Source: an uncultured virus (IMG/VR IMGVR_UViG_3300027793_000005) (taxonomy: Duplodnaviria > Heunggongvirae > Uroviricota > Caudoviricetes). Taken from it: 64,000 nucleotides of DNA. The notes below the pieces were generated by a model, which was given only the letters and a program-made list of their open reading frames with translations, was not told the DNA's origin and searched no databases. The stretch lies in the IMG/VR virus record IMGVR_UViG_3300027793_000005; one strand, 5' to 3'. The translations under genes were made by a program, and so were the position numbers. Numbering within the stretch: the stretch's first letter is position 1; the number at the start of each line of letters is the position of its first letter. This document shows positions 52,566 through 61,373 of this stretch, one piece after another.

Positions 52566-53890
52566 CGCCCACCTCCGCCGCCAAGGCCACCGAAGAGACT
52601 ACCAAGCCCCAATCCTACACCTGCGATCTGTCCAAACAAACTCCCCGGCTGCTGATAGAGCGTCTGGGTCTGGTTGCCTGCCGGGATGCCCCGCAGGATG
52701 CCCATGCCGAACTCGGCCTGCTTGTACGGGAACTGCTGGGCGTTGATGAAGTCCTGCAACTGCTGATTAAGCAACTGCTGTTCCATCGCCTGCATCTGGC
52801 CACCCGCACCCATCTGAGCCTGATTGATCCCGAGGCCCTGCTGGTGCTGCATCTGCCCCAACTGACCCAACTGGCCGGACGCCGCCAACTGCTGCTGGAG
52901 ACCCTGAAGGCCAAGCCCTGCCCCGAACTGCCGGGACTGCTCACCCAACTGTGCCCCTGCAAGGCCGTACTGCGCTCTCTGGGCGGCGTTCTGGAGGCCG
53001 AACTGATTGGCTTGAGCAAGTTGCCCGAGCCGCTGCTGCTGCGCCTGAAGTTGCGCCGCTTGGTTCAACTGCCCCGACTGCATGCCGAGGTTGGCACCCA
53101 ACTGCTGCTGGTTGAGCAGGGCCTGAAGGTTAGTCTGCCCCGTTTGCATCCCGGCCTGCTGATTGGCCAACTGCGCCTGCATCTGAGCCGCACGATCAGC
53201 CCCGAATTGCTGCGTGGCCTGTTGGTATGCCTGCTGAAGCCCGGTCGATTCGATGTCCGCTAGACGGTCAGACAGACTACGCTGTGCCTCAGACTGCATG
53301 AGAGCGTGGCGGGTGCCGCCCAACGCGCCATACTTGGACGCCGTTGACCCCATGCCGGGAAGTTGCCGCATGAAGTCCCGGACAGCACCCTTCTTCTGCG
53401 ACTCGATCACGCCGCTCATGTACGGCGACATGTACTCCTGCATGGCACCAAGACCGAACCGCTCAGCCCCGACCCGCTCAGGGCCACCCATCTGGAACCG
53501 CTCAAGCGACGGAGCGCCGACCCGCTCGAAATCGACCTGCCCCTCACGGAAACTCGGGTCTTGGTAGAACTGCTGGTTCCCCATAGGGGAGTACTGCCCG
53601 AGTTCGCCCGCCCGCCGTCCAGCCAGCCCCGCAAGACCCGAAGCCTCACCGATCTGGGGAGCGACCTGCATCCCGGCGACACCTTCCATCGCCTGCTTCT
53701 GGAGCGGGTTGAACCCAGCAACGGTCTGACCGCCGTAGCGCTGGTAGCCTTCACCGATGAGGCCCGGCACCCACTGGCCCGTGTCCGGGTCCATGTTGCC
53801 AAAGACGTTACCCAGCAAGTACTGGGCATACGGCTCCGCGTACTTCGGGATGCTGGAAGTGATCTGTGTCTGTTCAGTAGGAGATGCCAT
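52562..53890 (-). CDS. Internal virion / DNA pilot-like protein (Gln/Gly-rich)
   Basis: Y.G..VAGF.P.Q, YMSPY...V, GA.GG.R, C-terminal glycine-zipper hydrophobic tail. Confidence 0.72.
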   Translation of the reverse strand: MASPTEQTQITSSIPKYAEPYAQYLLGNVFGNMDPDTGQWVPGLIGEGYQRYGGQTVAGFNPLQKQAMEGVAGMQVAPQIGEASGLAGLAGRRAGELGQYSPMGNQQFYQDPSFREGQVDFERVGAPSLERFQMGGPERVGAERFGLGAMQEYMSPYMSGVIESQKKGAVRDFMRQLPGMGSTASKYGALGGTRHALMQSEAQRSLSDRLADIESTGLQQAYQQATQQFGADRAAQMQAQLANQQAGMQTGQTNLQALLNQQQLGANLGMQSGQLNQAAQLQAQQQRLGQLAQANQFGLQNAAQRAQYGLAGAQLGEQSRQFGAGLGLQGLQQQLAASGQLGQLGQMQHQQGLGINQAQMGAGGQMQAMEQQLLNQQLQDFINAQQFPYKQAEFGMGILRGIPAGNQTQTLYQQPGSLFGQIAGVGLGLGSLFGGLGGGGGR

Positions 53891-53899
53891 GTGTGTTCC

Positions 53900-56800
53900 T
53901 CAGACGGGCAGGAAGCGATCGGCTTTGACAGCGGGGGCCTGCTTGGTCCGTCCCGTCCGTGCCTGCCGTACCTTGTTCATCATGTCGTAGAGTTTCTGCG
54001 CCCCGGCTTTGGTCGAGCCGTTGCCAAGATGCGATACCACGTCAGCCGGGATGACGAACTCGCCATCAGCCAACGCAGCCCGTTGTACGCCCTTGCCGCG
54101 AATCACGGCAGGGATATTATCGGACATCCCGTCACCGGGACCGTTCAGCAACTTGCCACCAGCCGCGTACTCGCCGGGCATACCACCCCCTGCGAAGCCG
54201 AAGTTGTAGTCCTCACCGATAGCCCCGCCACCTGCAAAGGCATACTGCGGCTCATCGCTCAACTCCGAGAAGGGAGACATGAACTCCATTTCTCTACGAC
54301 GCGGGATGTAAGGCTGCTCTTCTTCGACGGGGACAGGACGTCCGTAGACCGGGAAGTCTTCCTCGACGGGAGGGATGTACGGAGTCGTGTCATAGACCGG
54401 ACTCGGCGGAGCGTAGGGTGACTCATAGACCATCGGCGGGGTATAAGCCGGGGGCGCGTAGACCGGAGCCTCTTCAACCTGCGGCCTTGGGATGTAGACC
54501 GGCTCTTCCTCGACGGGAGCGGGCGGAGCAAAAATAGCCGGAGGCGTACCCACCTTCGACTGCGCAGGGGGCATCGGAGCGGTAGGCTCTTCCTCGATGA
54601 TACGAGGGCTATACGGAGTAGGAACAGGCGCAAGTTCGCGGGGTTCGCTGAACGGGGTCGGCGGGGGGCCAGCAGTCTGCTGTAGTTGTGCCGCACGATG
54701 CGCCGCACCCGGACTCTCACCAATCCCAAAACTGTTTATACGGTTTCCGCCAGAGGTCAACTCCGGGGCTGAAACAATCTGATTATAAAAACTGTACTTT
54801 CCTAACTCAGCGGGCGTACCTGCATAGACAGGCCGCTCGCTCACGATCTTGTATTTATTGTCGCCCTTGACCTGCGCGTTGCTGATCGGCTGTCCATACA
54901 TGAAGTTGTGGACTAGATCGGTCATCATGTAATCGACAACAGCCTGTGTTTTAGGATCTTGTGTACCAGATCCCATAGAGTTAAGCCACGGCTGTACAAC
55001 ATCGTTATAAATGGTATTCGCATCAGCGGTCTTGTCTACTTTACCGCTCTTGACTGCGTCGTTAATGACCCGCGTCATGTCATACATGAAGTCTTCGTTA
55101 CCAGTGCGTCCATATTTTTCTTGGCCGGGAAAATTGAACTTGTCAGTACGGAACAGATTTATAAATCCACGACTCAACACACTTGGATCGCTTGTTCCAA
55201 AATAAGTTGCATTATTTTGAGCGGCTTGATCAACTCCCTTCCAATAACTTTTAAGGTCATTTGCCCCCATCTCTTCAGTGTTGACCAACGAAGCACCGAT
55301 GGCAGCGATAGCGGCAGCAGTGAGCATTCCCGCAGGGCCACCAAGCGCCCCAATGCCAAACAGTTTGCCAGCAGATGCAGCCGTCATCGCTGCATTGAAC
55401 GCGGCACGACCTTCCTTGCCCTGTTCGATGGCTTTTCCGGTCTCATACGCACCAAGTACTGTACCGACACCGGGAAGAATCTTGTTCTGCATCAGGCTGC
55501 CAAGTCCAGCCTGCGTGCCAGTATTGATGCTTGGAATCGCAGTCAGATCAGCGACTGAATTTACGCTGCCAGACAAATTACCAAGTCCAGCCACGTCATC
55601 TGCTATGGAGAAGCCGTCAACAAGTACTCTACCTGCGCGAGGTATAAGCGAGGATACGCCCGCTCCAGCGGAAGCCGCAGAGGCAAGATTGGTAGCGTTA
55701 GAAGAAGGCGGCTTGTAGTCAGGCCGGGACTCCGGAGCGTAGGGGTCATTCGGCAGTTCCTCGATCGACACACTCGGTGTCGGCAAAGACGTCGGGTCAA
55801 ATGAAGGGATCGACGCAAGCCCCGCCGTGATAAGCGGATCTTTGATGCCCGGCGTAGTCGGTTCGACTTCAGTAAGTCTCCTCTGCCCAGTAACCTCAAC
55901 TTCTTGCAGATCTTCCGGCCCCGTAGTGAACTTGTCTTTCAGGTATCCAAAGCCCTTGCCGATACCTTTGTCGATCAGATAGTTCGTAGCAATCGCACCA
56001 GCAAGGTCAGCAACACCCCCGCCACCGCCACCGACATCCCCGCCACCGCCGCCCGGAGCCACGTACGGAGTGAACGGTACTTTGAAGCGGCCAAGCCCGC
56101 CTGAAGCGGCGTCTCCCATGCCGGGACCCGGCACAGGGTTCTTGGCGCGAGCATTGAGTTCTTCGATGTACTGGCGGGTCGCCAACACGTTGGGGTCAAC
56201 GTACTGCTGCGCAGCGAACGGACTCTTGGGCGCAGAGACACCAACCTCGCCGCCTTCAGCGAACTTCTCTTCTCCGGTGAACGGGTTGATACGGGCACCA
56301 AACCCCCCAAAGACTTCCTGACCACGTGGCGCATTGGGTGAGTAACTCGTCTGCATCACATCAGCCAGCGGGTAACGTTCGTTGGTATGCGGGTAAGCCT
56401 CTCGCGAGTACGGCAGGGCAGGGCGCTGATTGATGACACCCCCGCCTGCGTAACCACGCCACGGCTTCACACCTTGCGGAGTGCGTTGGACCCACCTGCC
56501 GGGCAAGTAGTAGGGTTGATCACGGCTTGATCCATACTGCGGATTGCGCTGGCCGCGAATGTAGTAGAGACCGCTGCCCTCCTCTCCGCCCATCGGGAAC
56601 GGCTTCGCTTCCTCAGCGAGAGGCATCATGGCCCCGGCGAACGTCGCGTACTGACTCGCCTTTTGCAGGAGCGGACTCTCGAACCCGCCACCCATCGCGT
56701 TCATGAATGCGGGCATGCCTTCCTTCGTGGTGAAAAGGTTCTTCGCGCCCTGCCAGAGGGACGGGGTAGACGAAGTAGGAAGTGCAGGGGCCGGGGTCAC

Positions 56801-57397
56801 TGTTCGCGGGATCGGCAGGCTGAGATCCTTGGTCTTGGAGACCATGTCATCGAACATCGAACCCGAGTCAGACGTCTTGCTGCTGTAGAACGGGATGGCT
56901 GACCCTTCCTGAGCGAACCGCGTATCCGCAGTGGCAGGCGCAGTACCGACGACACTGGTCGGAGCCTCTGGCGTGCCCCCTCCGGCGACCGATGCTGCCC
57001 TCAACCCAGAAGCGATGTTGGCACCGCTGTACGCGCCAAGGCCCGCCTGCAAACCCTTCTTGAGGTCACCTTCGATGAGTCCGGTCGCACCGCCGACAAG
57101 CAACGCGCTGCCCAGAGCCTCGCTACCAAATCCGATCGTCTTGGCGAAGTTACCAAGACCGGGAACAGACGGAATGACCGCGCCGAGGATATGGGGCAGG
57201 ACCTTCTTGAGGAACGACGCCTCGTACAAACCCGTTTTCGGATTGATGGTCAGGCTACCGCCGTGAGCCATCGCAAGACCCTGAAGGCCCTGCACCTCGC
57301 CGGGGGTCATGTGTACAAGGACAGAATCGCCGTTCCGACCACGGGAGGCCAGAAGCGAGGCGAGTCCAGATTCGGGGGCGTTGTTGTACATGTTCAA
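53900..57397 (-). CDS. Internal virion / ejection protein with glycine zippers
   Basis: GR.GDS.LVHM...EV, INP.TG..EA; C-terminal GPGDG.SD.IPA...LADGEFV.PADVVS.LGNGS..AGA. Confidence 0.75.
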   Translation of the reverse strand: MNMYNNAPESGLASLLASRGRNGDSVLVHMTPGEVQGLQGLAMAHGGSLTINPKTGLYEASFLKKVLPHILGAVIPSVPGLGNFAKTIGFGSEALGSALLVGGATGLIEGDLKKGLQAGLGAYSGANIASGLRAASVAGGGTPEAPTSVVGTAPATADTRFAQEGSAIPFYSSKTSDSGSMFDDMVSKTKDLSLPIPRTVTPAPALPTSSTPSLWQGAKNLFTTKEGMPAFMNAMGGGFESPLLQKASQYATFAGAMMPLAEEAKPFPMGGEEGSGLYYIRGQRNPQYGSSRDQPYYLPGRWVQRTPQGVKPWRGYAGGGVINQRPALPYSREAYPHTNERYPLADVMQTSYSPNAPRGQEVFGGFGARINPFTGEEKFAEGGEVGVSAPKSPFAAQQYVDPNVLATRQYIEELNARAKNPVPGPGMGDAASGGLGRFKVPFTPYVAPGGGGGDVGGGGGGVADLAGAIATNYLIDKGIGKGFGYLKDKFTTGPEDLQEVEVTGQRRLTEVEPTTPGIKDPLITAGLASIPSFDPTSLPTPSVSIEELPNDPYAPESRPDYKPPSSNATNLASAASAGAGVSSLIPRAGRVLVDGFSIADDVAGLGNLSGSVNSVADLTAIPSINTGTQAGLGSLMQNKILPGVGTVLGAYETGKAIEQGKEGRAAFNAAMTAASAGKLFGIGALGGPAGMLTAAAIAAIGASLVNTEEMGANDLKSYWKGVDQAAQNNATYFGTSDPSVLSRGFINLFRTDKFNFPGQEKYGRTGNEDFMYDMTRVINDAVKSGKVDKTADANTIYNDVVQPWLNSMGSGTQDPKTQAVVDYMMTDLVHNFMYGQPISNAQVKGDNKYKIVSERPVYAGTPAELGKYSFYNQIVSAPELTSGGNRINSFGIGESPGAAHRAAQLQQTAGPPPTPFSEPRELAPVPTPYSPRIIEEEPTAPMPPAQSKVGTPPAIFAPPAPVEEEPVYIPRPQVEEAPVYAPPAYTPPMVYESPYAPPSPVYDTTPYIPPVEEDFPVYGRPVPVEEEQPYIPRRREMEFMSPFSELSDEPQYAFAGGGAIGEDYNFGFAGGGMPGEYAAGGKLLNGPGDGMSDNIPAVIRGKGVQRAALADGEFVIPADVVSHLGNGSTKAGAQKLYDMMNKVRQARTGRTKQAPAVKADRFLPV

Positions 57398-57406
57398 CCC
57401 ATCATA

Positions 57407-58006
57407 CTAAAGGTTTATGGCCGATATCCAAGCGACCGTCACGATGACGGAGGGGATCTCGGGTACGTTTCCGCTGGCTGCTTCAGACAAAAGCACCATC
57501 GCCGTATCGGATGACTGCCAAGCGATCTCGAAATAGTCGTTCTCTGCCAGAGTCACCATCCAGTTCCACGCTGCGACTTTCTCGTCGTTCGGGCCAGATA
57601 TGACCATTTTGGTAGCCGAATGCGCCAGATCTTGCCCATTGATGCGGAGCCAGATGAAGGTTGTTGCGCTGCCGCCACCCGTCTTGTCCAACTGGGCGGA
57701 GAAGGCGATGTTGTACACCCCGGTCTGGGTGACGTACACCCGAGAGACATCCTTCTTCACGCCATAGATCGTCGCCCCAGCCGTGTTGTAGACGCTGTTG
57801 AAGGACATCAAGTTGACGGCGCTTGCGACCGGGTTGGTCTGAGTCGTGGTGTCGTAGAACGAGCCGTAGGGGACAGGCGCGTTGATCTTGTTCGTGACCG
57901 TGTTGAAGAAGAGTCGCAGGATGTTGGAGAACTGCTCCTGATAGCGCGGCTCGTACTGCGAGGGAGCAGAGGGCAGGTTCGGCGGTACGACGTTCAGGGA
58001 CGGCAT
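57407..58006 (-). CDS. Tail-associated protein with C1q/TNF-like beta domain
   Basis: PNLP.AP..Y, LRL.FN coil, then YGSF.D, G.YNI.FS.QL, P.IPSVI.TV. Confidence 0.65.
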   Translation of the reverse strand: MPSLNVVPPNLPSAPSQYEPRYQEQFSNILRLFFNTVTNKINAPVPYGSFYDTTTQTNPVASAVNLMSFNSVYNTAGATIYGVKKDVSRVYVTQTGVYNIAFSAQLDKTGGGSATTFIWLRINGQDLAHSATKMVISGPNDEKVAAWNWMVTLAENDYFEIAWQSSDTAMVLLSEAASGNVPEIPSVIVTVAWISAINL

Positions 58007-60297
58007 CAGCGTCTCCCGTCAGGGCGCACATCGAGGCGCATCATGCCCAACTGCCACGCCACCCCAAGGTCGGTCGAGTCGATCCGGAAGGCCATCTGAC
58101 GCCCCCTCACCCGCGTGTAGACCTGCCCGGTGTACTGCTGGATCGGCACCGTGGAGGTGCGCGTGACGGTGGGCTGATCGGCGCTGGAGTAGTTGACACC
58201 CGAGTTTTGGCGCGGACGCACGGTCATCGTGACACTCGGGGTGCCTGCCACGGAACCGGTAAACGTCAGGTCAGGCAGCATTCTCCAGACATATCCGAAA
58301 TTGTGTCCGTCTTGGATGTCGAAGTCCGAAGTCTCGACGTACGCAGCGATCGGTACAGGAGTAGGGAGCGATTGGTCATCCGTGCCCACTTCGTGGAGCA
58401 TGGCCTGATTCGGCACCGTATAGGTGACAGCCGTGTAGATGGTGTGGGACGCCGCAGTCGTGCCTTCTGCGCCTCGCGTACATCCGGTGAGGGTATTGCC
58501 CGACTTGCCCGTGTAGGTGATCTTCTCAGACTCGATCAGCACCGTGCCTGCATCAGGATAGGTCGAAGCATCGATGAGCGCGATGGACGCAATCGAGGAA
58601 TTGACGTCCGTGGTCAGGAACGAGTTCTGGACGCTGAACGCGGCGATCGGATTGTTGCGCTGTGAATGCTCAGACCACGCGGTCCGGTTGATGGTGCCGT
58701 AGTACCAGATCCGCTCAAGGTAGTTGTAGATGACGTAGCGGTCGTTCGTCGTGCTGTTGGCAGAGGGGTAGAACCACCAGACTTCGTTGAAGCCCTCATT
58801 GGCACCCGCGACGACCTGCTCGATCTGGTCGTAGTTGATGTCGCTGAAGACATACTGACGCAGGGTGCAGGGGAGAGTCTCAACGCGGCCCGAGTAGACG
58901 AAGAACTTGTCCCGCCCCATCCAGTAGACGACGTTGTTGACCGTGATGACAGAGTCCTGCGAGGCCACCGACACGTCTTGGTCAAGCAGGGTAAAACTCC
59001 AGACGAACGGAGCGCCGACGTACTGCATCGAGAAGAGCGCCGTGTCCGACCAGACAAGGATCTCCTGACGGGTGTGCAACGCCGTGACAAGGTAAGAGCC
59101 GTGCGAGAGTTTCTGCTCGCCCGACTGGTTCGTGACTTCCGGCACCCACTCAAACCCGTTCGCTTGGTCCGACCACCGCACAAGAAGCGGCTCAAATGAA
59201 GTGTTGAACGAAGTCGGGTCATACGGCGTCGAGCCGATGGCGATCACGAAGTCGTTCGTGGGCGAGTTGATGATCATGTTGACTTCGTTCGGGACGTGCC
59301 GCCCAGCGTAACTGAACGAGACATCCGCTCCCGTGCCCGAGGCCGTCGTAGCCACCGAGATCGGTACCGAAGTGCTGCCGTCCCACGCTGTCGTGACATA
59401 CGCCCCCGCCGGGATGCCAGTACCCGACACAACGGCTCCGGTAGTGATGCCAAGCGTGTCGGCCACGGTGATCGTGGTAGCGCCCGAGGAGAAGTTGGCG
59501 GTCGTAGAGACCTTGGTGATGGTGTTGGCCTTCTCTTCAAGCGTGGTCGCTCTGGGCCAAGTCGAGACGTTCGTCGTCCAGTAGTAGATCTCACCACTGC
59601 GCTCAGCGAACATCAGATCATCAGCGTAGTTGAACATCGACCAGAGTCGCATCGGGACGCCGGAACCCGTCGCGGAACCCCACCCGCCTGCGCCCCACGG
59701 AGGAGCGCCCCAGCCGACCGTGCTGGTGTAGATCGCGTTGCCCGCGTCGATGTCGAAGGTCGCAACGGCAGATGAGCCGCCGCCCGTGGTGGTCGCATTG
59801 GCAGCGGTCGGAGAGTAGATGACGATCGAATTGGCGTTCGGGGTTGCCTGCACCTCGTACTCGCCATTCAAGGTCAAGCCAGCAACAGCAGTCGCGCCCG
59901 AGAAGGTCACGTAGGTGCCGATCGTCGTGTTGTGCCCGGTCACCGTGACGGTGACAGCCTTGCTCCCGTTGGTCGTGGCGAAAGGAGCAGCGCCGAGTGA
60001 GATCGTGCTGCCAAGCGGGGTGATGTCATGGTACTCACCGCCCAGTTCGACGTAGACCTTCTGGTTGGTACCGAGACCAAGAAGGTTCTGGTTGACCGAG
60101 GTGATCCAGTTCCAGATGTTACGGCAGATACCCTTGAAGGTACTGTTGTTGGAGTTGATACTCTGCCAGCCACCGATCTTCTCAGGGAAGCCCGAACGGA
60201 AGCGCACCTTGTCGGTGGCGTAGTAGCCACCTTCGTTGGCGTAGGTCGTGGACTCGCGGTTTACGCCGGGTCGCAACTCAAGTTTTTGGAGGGGCAT
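58006..60297 (-). CDS. Tail tubular B / nozzle (P22 gp10-like stabilisation) protein
   Basis: MPL.KL...PGVNRE, D.VRFR.G.PEKIGGW, RWSDQ, F.EVWWFYPS, C-terminal G..R.D..PDGRR. Confidence 0.8.
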   Translation of the reverse strand: MPLQKLELRPGVNRESTTYANEGGYYATDKVRFRSGFPEKIGGWQSINSNNSTFKGICRNIWNWITSVNQNLLGLGTNQKVYVELGGEYHDITPLGSTISLGAAPFATTNGSKAVTVTVTGHNTTIGTYVTFSGATAVAGLTLNGEYEVQATPNANSIVIYSPTAANATTTGGGSSAVATFDIDAGNAIYTSTVGWGAPPWGAGGWGSATGSGVPMRLWSMFNYADDLMFAERSGEIYYWTTNVSTWPRATTLEEKANTITKVSTTANFSSGATTITVADTLGITTGAVVSGTGIPAGAYVTTAWDGSTSVPISVATTASGTGADVSFSYAGRHVPNEVNMIINSPTNDFVIAIGSTPYDPTSFNTSFEPLLVRWSDQANGFEWVPEVTNQSGEQKLSHGSYLVTALHTRQEILVWSDTALFSMQYVGAPFVWSFTLLDQDVSVASQDSVITVNNVVYWMGRDKFFVYSGRVETLPCTLRQYVFSDINYDQIEQVVAGANEGFNEVWWFYPSANSTTNDRYVIYNYLERIWYYGTINRTAWSEHSQRNNPIAAFSVQNSFLTTDVNSSIASIALIDASTYPDAGTVLIESEKITYTGKSGNTLTGCTRGAEGTTAASHTIYTAVTYTVPNQAMLHEVGTDDQSLPTPVPIAAYVETSDFDIQDGHNFGYVWRMLPDLTFTGSVAGTPSVTMTVRPRQNSGVNYSSADQPTVTRTSTVPIQQYTGQVYTRVRGRQMAFRIDSTDLGVAWQLGMMRLDVRPDGRR

Positions 60298-60661
60298 CCG
60301 TCACTCTCCGCCATTCGGGCTTGCCGATTCCACGCGAGAAGTGCGGGGTGTCCACCAACTTGACCCCGTTGCCGCCCCATGAGTTCAAGGGATTCAGAGA
60401 TTCCCAGTACCGTCCAAGTGGGGCGAGGACGGCCTTATCGTAGCACAACTTGCCATCCTTGAAGAAGTTCAAGTCGATGGCCCTGCGGCTCAGGTGCAGC
60501 GAGTTCATGGTCTTGCTGCGACCAGCCTTGACATGGATCTGCTGCTGTTCTGCGGTACGGAACAGTTCACCGCCCGTGACCACGAAGCCGAGTTCGATCG
60601 CCTTCTGGATGAGTTTGCAGGCGTCGGACAGGAAGTCAGCCTGCTCCTGAACGTTGCTCAC
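60278..60661 (-). CDS. Endolysin, M15 family L-Ala-D-Glu peptidase
   Basis: E..RT..QQ, S.H....AID, WGG, D.PHF zinc ligands. Confidence 0.85.
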   Translation of the reverse strand: MSNVQEQADFLSDACKLIQKAIELGFVVTGGELFRTAEQQQIHVKAGRSKTMNSLHLSRRAIDLNFFKDGKLCYDKAVLAPLGRYWESLNPLNSWGGNGVKLVDTPHFSRGIGKPEWRRVTDAPPKT

Positions 60662-61206
60662 TTCAGCACCCCCTTCAGCATGTCATCCTTGGCCTTGCTG
60701 CCAGCCGAGGAGCCGAAGTAGTACGAGATGACCTGCGTGGCGACCGTGGACAGCACACCGAGGACGTAGATGAGGATGTCCTTGCGCGACGGGTCCACCG
60801 GGGCGTTGTCGAACATGACCACGCCGAACAGGAAGAAGGTCATGCCAAGAAGGGTCAGCGCGAGAACGGGGGTCACAATCTTGTTGAGCAAAGGTGCTTT
60901 GTCAGAGGTGGAGATTTGTACCTCTCGTTCCCGCGCTGAATCTGTGTCCTTGAGCCGAAGTTCAAATTCGGCAAGGTCGAGTTTGTTCTCTTCGATGCGA
61001 AGCCGCAGCAGTTCCTCCTCATGCTCCATCTCGGCAGTCTTGAGACGGATGATGTCATCAGCCGACATGTCGGGCTTGAGTTCGACTCCCAACTTCTCCT
61101 CAACCGCCTTCTTGCCCTTAGCGAGGACAGCGTTGGCGACGAGGGTGAGACCGTTCGCAAGGAGCGGCTTCAGGATAGGTGCAAGTGCTGCGGGGATGCC
61201 CATCAC
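60658..61206 (-). CDS. Holin (D..SAR.RE, two C-terminal TMs, YYFGSS)
   Basis: Motif and adjacency to endolysin. Confidence 0.7.
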   Translation of the reverse strand: MMGIPAALAPILKPLLANGLTLVANAVLAKGKKAVEEKLGVELKPDMSADDIIRLKTAEMEHEEELLRLRIEENKLDLAEFELRLKDTDSAREREVQISTSDKAPLLNKIVTPVLALTLLGMTFFLFGVVMFDNAPVDPSRKDILIYVLGVLSTVATQVISYYFGSSAGSKAKDDMLKGVLK

Positions 61207-61364
61207 TCAGCCTCCTTGTCCTTCTTCAGTTCGACCACCTGCGGCTCTGCCTGAGCGCGGATGTTCATAAGCAGGGGGTAGAGTCCTGCCTTCGTCGGCA
61301 TTTCACCGAGAATCGAAACGATGGCGTTGACTTCATCGAGGGTCAGTTTGAGGGTGAGTTCCAT
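61203..61364 (-). CDS. 53-aa tail-fibre-associated small protein
   Basis: Not in track; AAGGAG RBS; MELTLKLTLDEVNAI...QAEPQ. Confidence 0.65.
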   Translation of the reverse strand: MELTLKLTLDEVNAIVSILGEMPTKAGLYPLLMNIRAQAEPQVVELKKDKEAE

Positions 61365-61373
61365 GTGCGCTCC

